Source: Raillietiella orientalis (Eukaryota). Taken from it: DNA of 64,000 nucleotides. This document shows positions 11,166 to 22,470 of the stretch, in pieces (position 1 is the stretch's first letter; each line of letters opens with the position of its first letter). Location of the stretch: positions 2,046,001-2,110,000 of the forward strand of contig JAYWIR010000035.1 of assembly GCA_036172245.1 (NCBI GenBank), given 5' to 3'. Made by a program: the position numbers and the translations under genes. The notes beneath the pieces are model-generated. The model had not been told where the DNA came from. It saw only the letters and a program-made list of their open reading frames with translations, and did no database searches.

Positions 11166-14100
11166 CCCCGACGCACCCAGATGAGAATCGAGTTCTCCTC
11201 ATCGAATGGAGTTTGACGCCACCGGTGCGGATTTCCTGTTCCTTGGCAGCTCCCTGGTGTCGATCGGAGTTTGTGAAACAGTCCAATGTCTTCGTAGACA
11301 ATCAACCAGGTAACGACGGCTCCCGGCGAGAGACTGCTTGCATTCGAGACCCTCCCTATGATGTGTCTATCCGGAAGCAGAGGAGATACATGTGCACGAG
11401 ATACTTGTATCTTGATACAAGAAGACGAAAGAGTATCTTCCTTTGGATTCAGCGGACGCAGCGGTTGCACAATCAGTACGGTTTTCTCCTCTCCACGCCT
11501 ACAATCCGAGGTGGACAAGTCCCTTCAGGGTATCCGCGGAAACAGGACGCGAGTCTACAACGCGGGACTCAGCAGACATATCAAGAAAGAAAAGATTCTG
11601 GAACTCAGTTCTCCACTTTCATGAGGTCATTGCATTCGAAATGAAACTGCTGATCTCACAAGACTTTGTTTTCCAGAGATTTGCATGCTGAAAGACTCCA
11701 GCTTTGATTGCAGGCGTCCAGGAGAAGTGGCTAACCCTATTTCGCCACGTTGCTTCCGTTGAATTCCCAGAAACTGGATTCCCACAAGGCATTTTGATGC
11801 TTTTGCTGCTCGAAGGTTCTTCAGCTCCCGCCTCTCTGGTTAGTGACCTGAGCTTGGAGAGCAGCCTTCATTCACCTCTTGAAATCGAAAAGGTATTCGT
11901 GTTCCAAAATTCTTCATAGGAAATACACGCGCGGACTTCAAAGAGTGACTCAATGCTCCCCACTCACTCACTACGGTGAGAAGAAGATCATTCAAAAAAA
12001 ACAAAAGACAGAGGGTTCAAGGAGTCCAGAGAGTTCTGGACAGAAGAACGAAGATTCTGCTGAATTTGTTCTCCTTCACACGTAGGTCAGAATGGGCACG
12101 CTCTCCACTCGGCTGTACACCTTGTTGTGCAAAAGCAGATGTGCAAGTTTGGCGGTCTTAGAGCACTTCTTCCAGCCCTCATGAAGATGAATTGCATGCA
12201 CCACATGGAATGCAGATTCTCACAAAGAGGTGAACACAGGAGAGTGATCTTGTTGCCTTGTGATCTCAACTTCGGCCTGTGCATCCGTTGCGGTAGCAAC
12301 TCTTAACCAGGAGTTAAAAATCATCGAGTTCGGCATTTTGCTGAGACGAACGAACTCCCTGTCCTTTGGATTCTTGAAGCCGCTTCGATCTTTCGCGGAA
12401 AGGTCCTACAAAATAGCTGACAGATAAGCTCTTCGCTCCTTAGCAACGTGCGGTATCTCACTCGGCAGGATCCCAGCCGCAGGGATGGACTGCCACTACG
12501 CCCTGAGAGTGCTAGAATTTTGTGGATTTTCGGTGAATCCCAATTCGCGCCCCCCAATGGTAGCCTCGTATTCGGAGGATCAGGCTGTTCCCTGCATCGG
12601 AAGAAAGGTACGACTGCAGAGTGTGCGGTTTTTCTTAAAGTGCATTGTCCTCTGGGAAGATCGCGAAGGTGTCATTTCGGAATTTCCAGAATATTCCAGT
12701 TCAAAACAAACTTTGCAATCCTCAAGGCGCCGTTTGTTTTCCAGAACTCGTCGCTGTGTGGTGTGGCGTTTTGGAAAGTTTGGGACTACTGCCCACATCT
12801 CATGTGTTTTCACTGTCCTGCAGGTTCACTGGCTCATTGATACTTGAGAAGATCGTGCGATAAAAAGATTTTCATCGAGAACAAGCTCATTCCAGCTTCT
12901 GAACACATCATCTCGTAGAAACTTTCAGGTTGCTAATGGCATGGTTTCCAACAGTATTCTTCATTGCACCGGCGGTTTCTGACATAAAAAACCAAAGAGT
13001 ACGCCAGATCCAATCTCAGCTCCGGGGCCACATCCAGAATTCCAAAAGACTTCCATCAGATGATCTGATTCTCTCGTGTTAGCATGGGAAAAAAATATCT
13101 CCCATTTGCGGCTCAATTCTAATAGGTCAAGATGAAACCTCACTATTTGAACAAGGAGGCTGGTGAATCTCTGTAATGCAGAATGCCTTTTAAAGAAGAG
13201 GGATCCAATGAAGCCGACTTCAGATCCCATATTCACATACAAGATTCTGGCAGTTTATGGATTTTGAAGCAAAACGATAGGGCAGACTGTTATCCGGAAT
13301 TTTCGATGTGATCAGAATCAAGCCGAGACGTTCCAGTTACTCCGTTTAGACTCCATTGGACCCAGGGCAAAAGCTTATATGGGATTACGTGAATTTTTCC
13401 AAATTTTGACCCTGAGAGGAAAGGAGATGAAGGACAGACATACTTCACGGATCCACCAAGTGCATTTGAATTTTCTGAGGAGGCCGAAGAGCAAGTTGGA
13501 TCTTCGGGATGCACAGGCAAAGGAAACATGAAGCCAAAGTTCTTTCTTAGAAGTTTCTTCGTTCAACTCATGGATTCGAGAGGGATTTGAGATGATTTCC
13601 CTAAAGAGAATGCGCTTACAGTTCACGAAAAAACTCTGAAGTGGATCGAGGAGAGTCTGAGCCACGTGTGTCAGGAAATCCACATCGATTTTTGGGGGAA
13701 GGAGTGGCTCCGGAGTGCTTCAGACACAAGAGCGTGCTGGTTCCGGTCTCACTAGGCTCGCACGCTGCCGTTTGGGCAAAGAGCAGCTGGGAGAGCAACA
13801 GAAGTGAACTTCCGCGTGGCTGTCCCCCGGACGAAGGACAACAGATGCCCAGTTCTCGCGTTCTTTTTCCTTGCTCAAGCGTTCGCGCTCCCGGGTGCAG
13901 GAAGAAGACGCTCCCAGGTCTCACTCGAATCTCACCGCATTCAAAACCGTTCCATTGTCAATCGTGCCTCTCGAGGGAGGTTCTCAAATGGCCAGAGTGG
14001 ACCTGGACCTGGATCCTATGGGGAATAAGCGATTGAGAAATCACAGCTGGCGCCGCGAGATCGGTTGCTCGGATCCCTGCGGTTCTTGGCAAAAGGAGAG

Positions 14101-14550
14101 GCCCTGCTAACAAGACCGACGTCTCAGTTCGGTTGTTCTTCGATTTGCCCTCGGGCTAGTGCGAGCAGGTTGATTATCGGTGCAAAGTGGCTGCTGGAAA
14201 CGATGTCTCAATTCACTCTGAAGATCAGGGGGAAACACAGTGGCTGCACGTTGCTTTCGAGGAGAGTTCCCTGACAAGAGGTCCCAAGAATTCGGACGCA
14301 GGCTCCATTCTCGAAGCTCCGGTGCCCGCACTTTGCCCCCGAGGTCGATTTCGGTTTTCAGGTTTGCTGCTCCCTTCGGGATTCGGGCAGCCGGCCGTGC
14401 GGGCAGCGAGGAAGAACGGCTACGGTGGATTCCACAGCATCGGGCGCCACCTGTGCGCTGCTGCTGTTGCTGCAGCATCGCAGGCATGTCGCTGCCGACA
14501 GAGTAGCGTACGGCTCGATGAGCATCTCCGTGTTCTAGCAGGACTTTCCT

Positions 14551-14570
14551 TCTCTCTCTCTCTCTCTCTC
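14551..14570. repeat. (TC)10 microsatellite
   Basis: Directly visible. Confidence 0.95.
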
Positions 14571-15444
14571 TTTCCCTCTCTGTCGAACCGGCACGTAATG
14601 AAGCCGGGATGAAATTCTACGCTGGGTTCATCCTTCTCATTCGCATCTTGCAGAAGAATTTGCGCTGAGGGGGCAATTTGTGTGTGTGTGTTTTTTTACT
14701 TGCACTTTCTGATTGTTTCCGAGCATCAAAGCCAAAAAGGAAAGAAAAGAAAAGGAAAATAAAAAGAGGCGTTTTTTTTTTTTTTTCCAGCAAATGAGGC
14801 CGACTGTGGAGCAACCGCTGCCAGCGCCGTCATTAGTGTCCGCCGTAGATCTATGCAACACGAATCCAGTAATTGAAAGATGTGCGTCCGCGCAATAAAA
14901 CCGTACCCCCTCCTCGCCGAAAGCTCGTTTGAGTGCGTTGAAGGAGTCAGCCATCTTGTTTCCCATCGCCCCATTCCGGGAAACCACTTGGCCGAAAGAG
15001 AAATCCTCGTGGGTCGCACGGGATGAGCTGGGGTTTCGTCTCGAAGGCGTGCTTCCCCCGGGATCGTAAAGCGGCTGCGGGGTTTCGAGGGTGCATTTGA
15101 GGGGACGACGCTCAGTCCGCGCAGGGCACGCTCAAGGAAGCCTCAGAGGGCGTGACGCGCGGGAGTTTCTTTCAAGCTCCTCGCGTGCTGAGATCTTCCT
15201 TACGTGAGGAGGGGGGGGGGAGACTACCGCGAAAATGGGGGGTTCGCAAGCAGCCGGTAGAGGACGGCGGTTTGGTTAGGGAACGGCGCCGACTACGTCT
15301 TCGAACTCGACCACAGCAAGTCTACTCGTCCTTCCGGTGAGTCTCTCTGACTCCAGAGAAGCGTGTTCCCGAGGAAGGAGGCGAAAGCCAGCAACCCCCC
15401 ATCCCTCCTCCCCGCATGCAGTCGGAAGTCCACGCGACTGCCGT

Positions 15445-15625
15445 CTCCTCACATGGCACCGGACGTTATGGGTTCGAATCCCACACGGGGAAGGATCGAC
15501 GCCAGAGAAACGAGTACGTCTCGTGGGTTCGGGTTTCCCCCGCAAGATGACGCTGGTTGGTCCATAATCGGGTAAGGCACTGGTAGAGGCTGGAAAAAAA
15601 CGGATGCTCCCCGTGAGTGGATTGG
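15445..15625 (+). mobile_element. tRNA-derived SINE-like element, copy 1 (5' head eroded)
   Basis: Pol III B-box GGTTCGAATCC at 15471-15481. The body (aggatcgacgccagagaaac...tccataatc...ctggtag...cggatgc...gagtgg) aligns with the reverse complement of 26398-26604. Confidence 0.7.
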
Positions 15626-17149
15626 GAGTCGATCTTCCGGGGTCCTTCCAGGAGACAGAATCAAGGAGTCCCTTCGAGACTCCTCCCCAGTTGTGCAAAT
15701 GGAACCGTCCCCTCCCTTCAGGGAACAAGCAGCGCGGTACGACAGGTGGATGCCAACTCTCATGTCGCGCAGCTTCCGAGCATCTTCTTGTGGTCGTTCT
15801 CCCTCTCCCCTTCCCTACAGGACGTCCTCTCGCCCCAGAAGACGCCGAGCACCCTCTCTTCAGCCCGAGATGCACTCCTCGGGGAGCCCACCGCCAGGTG
15901 ACCCTCCAACAGGCTAAACCGTTCGCACTTCTTGCCGAGCCAGGCGAGGCTGAGACTGAACCCTAACGCGACCCACAACGCGAGACTCTTCCCCCGCCTG
16001 CCCCGCTTCCCTCGTTCCAGCCAAGGAAAGGGTGAAGGAGCTCGCTGGCCACGTCGCTAGGTGGCGCCACGGAAGGCGACCCAGGAGGTGGGAGCACCAC
16101 CAGAGGAGACGCGACCCGGTGCACGATCTGTCCCAGCGCTTCCCTCGCGGCAGGAGGCAGGGAGAGACGGTGGAGTCGCCGCGACGGACAAGGACGGGGA
16201 GAGGGAGCCGTGGGTGCTCCAGGGATCTGGAGTCCCCGCGAGAATCCTCTCTGTTCTCCGGTCCCCGGACCGTTCTGCGCCTCGACCGTTTCGGCAGCAT
16301 CCTTCGCAGGAGACTTCCATCAGCCTCTCGACCGCCAGTTCCAGGGGGTCCCGGTTGTTCCTGAGCCTTCCCCGAGCGCGACTGAAACCACTACGGGATC
16401 GGATGCGGCTCGAACCTTTCCCCGGAAAGAAGGGGAGCACCGATCGGAACCGCAAATCGGGAGGCTGTGCTGGAAGCCTCTCTCAAGGTGGACATGAGAG
16501 GAGCCGTGTTGCTCCGGGGATACAGGCATCCCTCTGCTTCGGGCTCCAGCTGCGATCTCGAACTGTTCGTCCTGGGAAGGGCGTCGCGGAGGGAGAGGGC
16601 GCTCGGCTGCGCACTTTGCACTCTCTTTGCCTTCTCGCGTCTTCCTTTGCCCGGGAGCGCGAGAAGCAACAAAGGAACGACGCAAGAAGGCGCTGGTCGC
16701 AACCTGCCCATCGCCCGAATTCATCGCGTGCCCTCAGCGTGTCCGCCTGGTTGAGTGGGAGCGGTTTGCGGGCAGGGCGAAGATCCTTGCTCAGGGTCTC
16801 CGGAAGCCAACGAACGCGGGGCCGAAGAACGGCCGAGGTCTCCCTCTTTTCGCTCTCCGTAACTCCGGTCCGGCGCCCGTCGTAGGTGGAGAATAACGCG
16901 GGACCCATGACATGCGACCTCCAGCAACATGGCGCGTCAAAGGACAACATGGCGGAATTCCGGAGGCTGGAAAGCACATTTCCCTAAGGAGCACCCGAAA
17001 CGTGCCATCAGGGAGAAACAGCGGCTGTGATTGGCTGCTATCCACTCACAACGTTGAGAGCGACGTTTGATAACAGAGAAGAATCGCCCAGGGAGGAGAG
17101 TGACGGGCGATGCTCACGACGCAACCGGCAACGGCGAACGACACGTGCG

Positions 17150-18160
17150 GTGAAAGTTCGAGTCGCTTCTCAACAGCAAAGGGGGCTTTCCGGGCGGGAG
17201 GATCGTTCTGGAAACTCTGCGCCCGGGCAGCACACGCGTGTGGCGTGCGAGGAGGCTGAGGCTCACATCGATCGCGTGACGATCCTCGCCAAAGAAGAGA
17301 CCTCCAGCCACCTCCACTCTTCATATCCGCGGGCGCGGCTAGGAGGATGCCCTCGAGCCCTGCCGCTCCAGTTAGCCGCGTCCCGAGATCCCCGCGGGAC
17401 GTGGAGGGAAGCTTCCACCGGCGGCTTTTCGTCCGGGACCTGGACGATCCGCGCTCAGTCCTCCTGACTCTCTGGCAAAACTTTTCCGGGAATCTGGGCG
17501 CCCGACCGCCCGAGCCGGAGGGAAGCGCAGGACCCGTGCGGCTCCGGAGAGGAGGCAACCGGCATGGGGACCGCAGTCGCGCGGGAGGGCTGCCGTTCTC
17601 TCCCCCTCCTCCAACCAAAGGATCCCACTAATGCGATTCCTCTCTCCGTGGGTCACCCCTGCGGGGGGTGATTCAGTGGGAAACTCGGCAGGAGATGGTG
17701 AGCTCCTGGACGACCGAGAGCTGCTTCATTTCATCCGTGGGGTCGCGCTGCCGAGATCGCCACCCTCTCCTTTGCCTTCATGTGCTCCTGTGCTCATGTA
17801 GGACAGACGATGCACCCGGGAGATCAAAAATGACGGGAACCTGGAGAATTCCCGGATGCAAGGCAGGATCTGCACGACTCGGATGCTGGGCCACGAAACC
17901 CGCGTGACGAAACGCTCCGCCCCGAGCCGTGGCGCGCACGCGCTGGTGGAAGGACGCAGAGGTGCAGGGGGGTCCCAGGAGCAACTGCGCACTTAGCTTC
18001 AAGGTCAGGGGACTCGAGGCCGTAGAGAAGAACAGAAGAGCGCCGGACGGACATCACTCTCTCCGGGGATTCTTCCCACTGAGAAGATGCGGACTGTGGT
18101 CGCCGACCGCTCCTCTCCTTCCTGACCAAAAGGTCAGAGCCAGGTGGATCGCCGCCCTGC
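17150..18160 (+). mobile_element. LINE ORF1-end / endonuclease relic
   Basis: IDRVTIL (echoed by DRVTIF at ~19012). DGHHSLRG followed by CGLWSPTAPLLPD resembles the SDH...G.WK.N..LL.D end of the L1 endonuclease. Heavily decayed. Confidence 0.35.
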
Positions 18161-18849
18161 CACAACGACTCAGGCTTCTCACTGCTGCCCCCTCCGTTTG
18201 CTCTGCAGCGACCGTCCTCTCGGACGCCTCCCGACGCCTCGAACCAGCTTCCGCCTCACCTCAATCCCCAACTAAGGGAAGCACCTCGGCTCGAGCAACG
18301 TCGTCCCGGAGCTCAGAGTCACCGGGCAGCTGGTTCTTGGCCACCCCTGCGCGCCACGCTCTTTCTTCACCCCCTGAAGGCACGCAGGAACCCAGGTTTA
18401 CGTGGCAGCTACGGAGACGCGAGTTTTCCTGCCTTCAAGCCTATGCCAGACGGGAGAGGCAAAGAAGAGCGGGACGAAGGTATTCGGGATTACCAAGGGA
18501 TTCGCGCGACTAGTCGTCCTGACCCAGCGCTTCTCCAGACTCCTTTGGTCCCGGGATGCAAGTTTGACTCCCCCCGCTACAGGAGCCAGCGAGTCTAGCG
18601 GCGCTTCTCTGTAGCTCTGCGGTTTGCTTTGGTAGCGCTGATCTCGGATCAGCGCCACCGAGTCCCACTCGCCGCACTGATCTCGGACGGATCAACCCCG
18701 CGGAAAAGCCGCTTCTCTCCGTAGCGTCGACTCTGCTCGCCTCGGGAAGGGGGGATGGAACGCACCCCGCCGCAGCATCCGTTGATTCGCCTCCACCCTG
18801 CCGTTCGAGAGGAGCAGGGGATGCCGCGATCACCGAAGAAATGACGGCA

Positions 18850-19150
18850 CTCGACAAGGAAAAAGAAAGCGTGTTCGTGACCGCAAGGGTCCCTCGCTTC
18901 ACGCGGATGCCCACAGCAGGACTGCATGCGTGCTGATGTGCGATCTCTCCTAATGTGCGATAACAGCTTCCCAACTTCCTCATCAGCGAAGAACCAGGAC
19001 CGAGGGAGTGAGGGACCGAGTTACGATCTTTGGAGGAAGATTTCTCGAGACGGGCACTCTGCCGGCAGGGAGAGGTCATTTCGAGTCAGCAAGGTCAGAC
19101 AGCCGGAAGAACCAAAAATCCCTCCCTGTTGCAGAGAGCCGCCGGCGCCG
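18850..19150 (+). mobile_element. LINE ORF1 relic (pre-knuckle / knuckle region)
   Basis: PRFTRMPTAG...QLPNFLI...DRVTIFGGR...GRGHF read across frameshifts, resembling Tx1-type ORF1. Confidence 0.3.
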
Positions 19151-19469
19151 TTGGTCACGCAACGTCAGGAGCGGCGGCTTTCTCAGAGAGGCGGATGATT
19201 TGCCATCTCCAAGACCAGGTCGCGAGCTGAGGGAACAGAAAGCACCCATCACCAACCAACCTGCTGGGTGTGTGGTGGAATCCTGGATGGAGGGAGGAGG
19301 GGAGGATCTGCAGCCTCCGAGCACAGAGGCTTATCCGACACTTTCCTAGCCGCTCGCTGCCGTCCCGGCACAGCGAGCGGCGCTGCCTCTGCCGTCGTAG
19401 TAACGCGCAAGTCCGGAAGCCAAAGGGGCGGCCATCAGGGAGCAGCAGAGGAGACGGACTATGGAACAA

Positions 19470-19735
19470 TCGTTAATACATATTACAATCCTTCTTTAAT
19501 CAAAAAATATTTCAGCTTTCCAATCCTTTCGTACTAATTTAAGGATGGAAACCAATCTGGCTTACGCCAATCTAAACTCAAATCATGGAGGATTTTCAGC
19601 CCAACAGACTGTTGCTATAAACCTTATTCATCTCATAGGTACCAAATTCAACATCGAGGTCGCAAAATCTCACATCAATTAGAACTTTTCATGAAAATGA
19701 CGCTGTTATCCCTTAGGTAACTTTTTCTTTATTTC
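19470..19735 (-). pseudogene. rrnL: NUMT: nuclear copy of the 3' domain of mitochondrial 16S rRNA
   Basis: Abrupt AT-rich island with metazoan mt-16S hallmarks in the correct order on the reverse strand: cctttcgtactaa (19525-19537), ctggcttacgccaatctaaactcaaatcatg (16Sbr primer region), ttcaacatcgaggtcgcaa (19647-19665) and gacgctgttatcccttaggtaac (19699-19721). Confidence 0.9.
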
Positions 19736-20311
19736 GAGACCACTATTATTCCATATAAAATTACCAAACCATGAAGATCAATTCTTCAGGCGCCTGCAGA
19801 AATTGGTACGCGGTTTTCCAAGTTTCCGACCCCGGAAGCCGAAAGCGTCCTATCCTAAGGCCTCGGGATGTTCTGTTGCGGAGCCGGTTGCCCTCCGAAG
19901 GTTCCTCCGGTCAAAAAATCGAAAGGGTCTAAAGGGGGCTGGACGAGAGCCGGGCCAGAACAACGAGCCGTGCGAATCCCTCGGTCATCCCTGACACCTT
20001 GCAGAAAGGTCACGTGAGCAGGCAGGCAGAGACGGGCAAGCGGATCAGCGAAGCGAACGTAAAGTGTTGCTTACATCCGGAAATAAAATGCGCAGCTACA
20101 AGACATGCAGAGAGAGGGTCTCGGGATTCCCAGGATCCGGCGCTCCTCAACAAAAGACCTTGTTCTTGTACTTGAGATTCGAATTCTGCAAGCAAAAGTT
20201 GAGGACTGGAGAACGAAGGATCGCACTGTTGGTTGGCTGGTTGGGGGGGGGAAGGAAGAGAGCAGCAACGGCAAAATCGCACTCCATCGCTACTCTTCGC
20301 AAACAGCACCT

Positions 20312-21154
20312 TCAACACGTTGACTACCACGCCAGACTTGAATGATGCTTTAAAGGGGCCACAAGAGAATTTTCATTATTTTAAGCATATAATGACAAAA
20401 TAGTACGGAATATGGTTACATAAAATCATGCCCTTTTCCAAAGTGCGTTTCTCTTGCTGCCACCAGCAAGGGGCCACGGGTGACCTCCGTGGCCCCTTGG
20501 TGCACTCTGTTACTCTTGATTACTTTTTTTGAATATTTTCATACAAGTATAAGAAAATGACCGTCTGCGACCTTCACGTGATATGGTACACACCTCGGAA
20601 GGCATCGTAGCAACCGCAATACACAACCCTTCATTTCTTTTGACAAATGTGCCCTCCTTATTTAGTGAGCCGTAAGAATTCGTATGGATGGTAAAAATCG
20701 TGAGAAAGCGCCAGACATTAGTAAACAGTGTTTGTACATTTCTATAATAATAACGAATGTGCATACTTCTGCCTTAGATTTTACGATTATAGAGAGATGT
20801 TTACGATTATTTTGCGAAAGTATGCTTATAATAGTGTTCATAGATTACCCCTCAAAGATATGGATACACACTGGCCAGCCTCATTTGCGCTTAAGATGCT
20901 TTAAGTACAATACACCGTGCTTAATTTTTGCAATACAATATATAATGTTTTCCTTAAAATCTTTAATTGCTGAATAGTGAATTTTTTTATTTCATGATAC
21001 TGTCTACGGTGTCAAAATTTTTTAGTTGACGATATTCGTTTTATTTTAATTATTCTAAACACTTGAGGCACTTTGGTCATTGATGGCCACTACGGCCTCA
21101 TCGAAAAAACAATCGCCGGTCACCTGTGACCTGAGATTAAGGTCAACGTGTTAA
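20312..21154. mobile_element. Non-autonomous piggyBac-like DNA element (~840 bp)
   Basis: Perfect 9-bp terminal inverted repeat cacgttgac (20316-20324) / gtcaacgtg (21142-21150), flanked by tcaa and ttaa. Internal palindromes at 20467-20499 and 21118-21131. No transposase ORF. Confidence 0.55.
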
Positions 21155-21234
21155 GGATGAGTCGCAGGGATTTCGAAGAGGGGCAATTTGTGGGACTCTG
21201 CAGTATTTCGAAGGGAGCCGCCCACCCAGAGATT

Positions 21235-22086
21235 CGGTTGCAAATCCCGAAGGATCATGAAAAAATAAGTATGTACGGTCATTCTACATTAGTATACAGG
21301 CTCATTTAAATATGCATGCTTATTCATATTTATTTACATATATAATATTCGCAGTAATATTATTTGAACGTATAAATTTATGTATATTACATAAGCATTA
21401 CCATTTATTAACATTTAATTAATGCAATTAATGAGTTTCTGATTATATTTTTGATACATGTATTACGAAAAATAAACAGATATGTTCATCATATATATTT
21501 AGATGAAGAAAGATTAATACACGGATGAATATATATTGCAAAGATTATAAGAAATAAATATCTATGCTCATTATATATAGAAACATATATCTTTCTATAG
21601 AAATTAGTATGTAAATTTATGTTAACATATATAGTTATTATTTGTTAACATTTCTATTATTAATAGTGATATTACTTTAACATATTCATTCATTTATTAA
21701 CATGCATATTATTAATATAATTAATAACTTGTTTATTAGATAGCTGATGCATAGTTTAGAGATTTTATGTGCATATTTAGTCTTTGTAATATATCTTAAT
21801 CCAAATATTAAACTTTATATAATTATACATATTTAGCATATATATTTATTTTTTGTAATCTTTCATATATACATCAATAATATAACCAACAACTAATTAT
21901 TTATATTAATAAAATGTATGCTGATAAATGTTAACCAGTATATATATTCAAATAATATTACTGTTAGTAATATGTATGTTAAGAAATATGAATAACTATG
22001 CATACTATTTAAAATAAATTTGCTTATTGATCTACGTAGAATAAGCCCACTTGGGTAGTTTTCATGATCTTTCGGGATTTTGATCG
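21235..22086. mobile_element. AT-rich foldback MITE, copy 1
   Basis: Left end aaatcccgaaggatcatgaaaa matches right end ttttcatgatctttcgggattt. Imperfect inverted similarity extends >100 bp inward (tgcat..tattcatatt..cagtaatattatttgaa). Non-coding, with a second copy at 30210-30587. Confidence 0.8.
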
Positions 22087-22089
22087 TAG

Positions 22090-22470
22090 CCTCCCATCTT
22101 TCTGGCTCGAAAAGAATGGCACCCAGGATGCACACGAGAGGAGGCATCAAAGGCGGGAGGAGAATTCCGTGGAGAGCACGTGGTCACTTCCGCCAGGCAT
22201 TGCGGACGTCGAAGGCGAGGAGGACAGAGGGTTTTTCCGCTTCTTCTTCTTCAGAGAATGGCTCCCTGGTCCTCCAGCTGCCGGCTGCCCAGAGGGAGGG
22301 GAGCAGATAGGACCTTTTCTGGAACCAACCCAACGACTCGAACGCCACGAAACTCCGGGCTGGCGCGCGGAAAGCCCGTCGAGACGCGACGGCAAGCCAA
22401 GGCATGGGCCAGTTTGTGGTGCCACAGACAGCGCGAGCGTTGATGGTTTCATCACCATTGGTATCATCTC
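22090..22470 (-). mobile_element. Possible LINE ORF1/ORF2 junction relic
   Basis: Basic KKKKRK ORF1-like tail, then SVLLAFDVRNAW (like the .SLNVRG endonuclease start) and LVCIL, cut off by the MITE. Confidence 0.25.

Noticed and set aside
14780..14966. Minus-strand gene start MADSFNALKRAFGEEG with a short intron
   Set aside because: Splicing at the apparent GT-AG gives a stop within a few codons; no homology recognised.
16061..16885. 274-aa ORF as a gene
   Set aside because: Non-ATG start, GC-rich with several overlapping open frames, no recognisable domain, and embedded in LINE debris.
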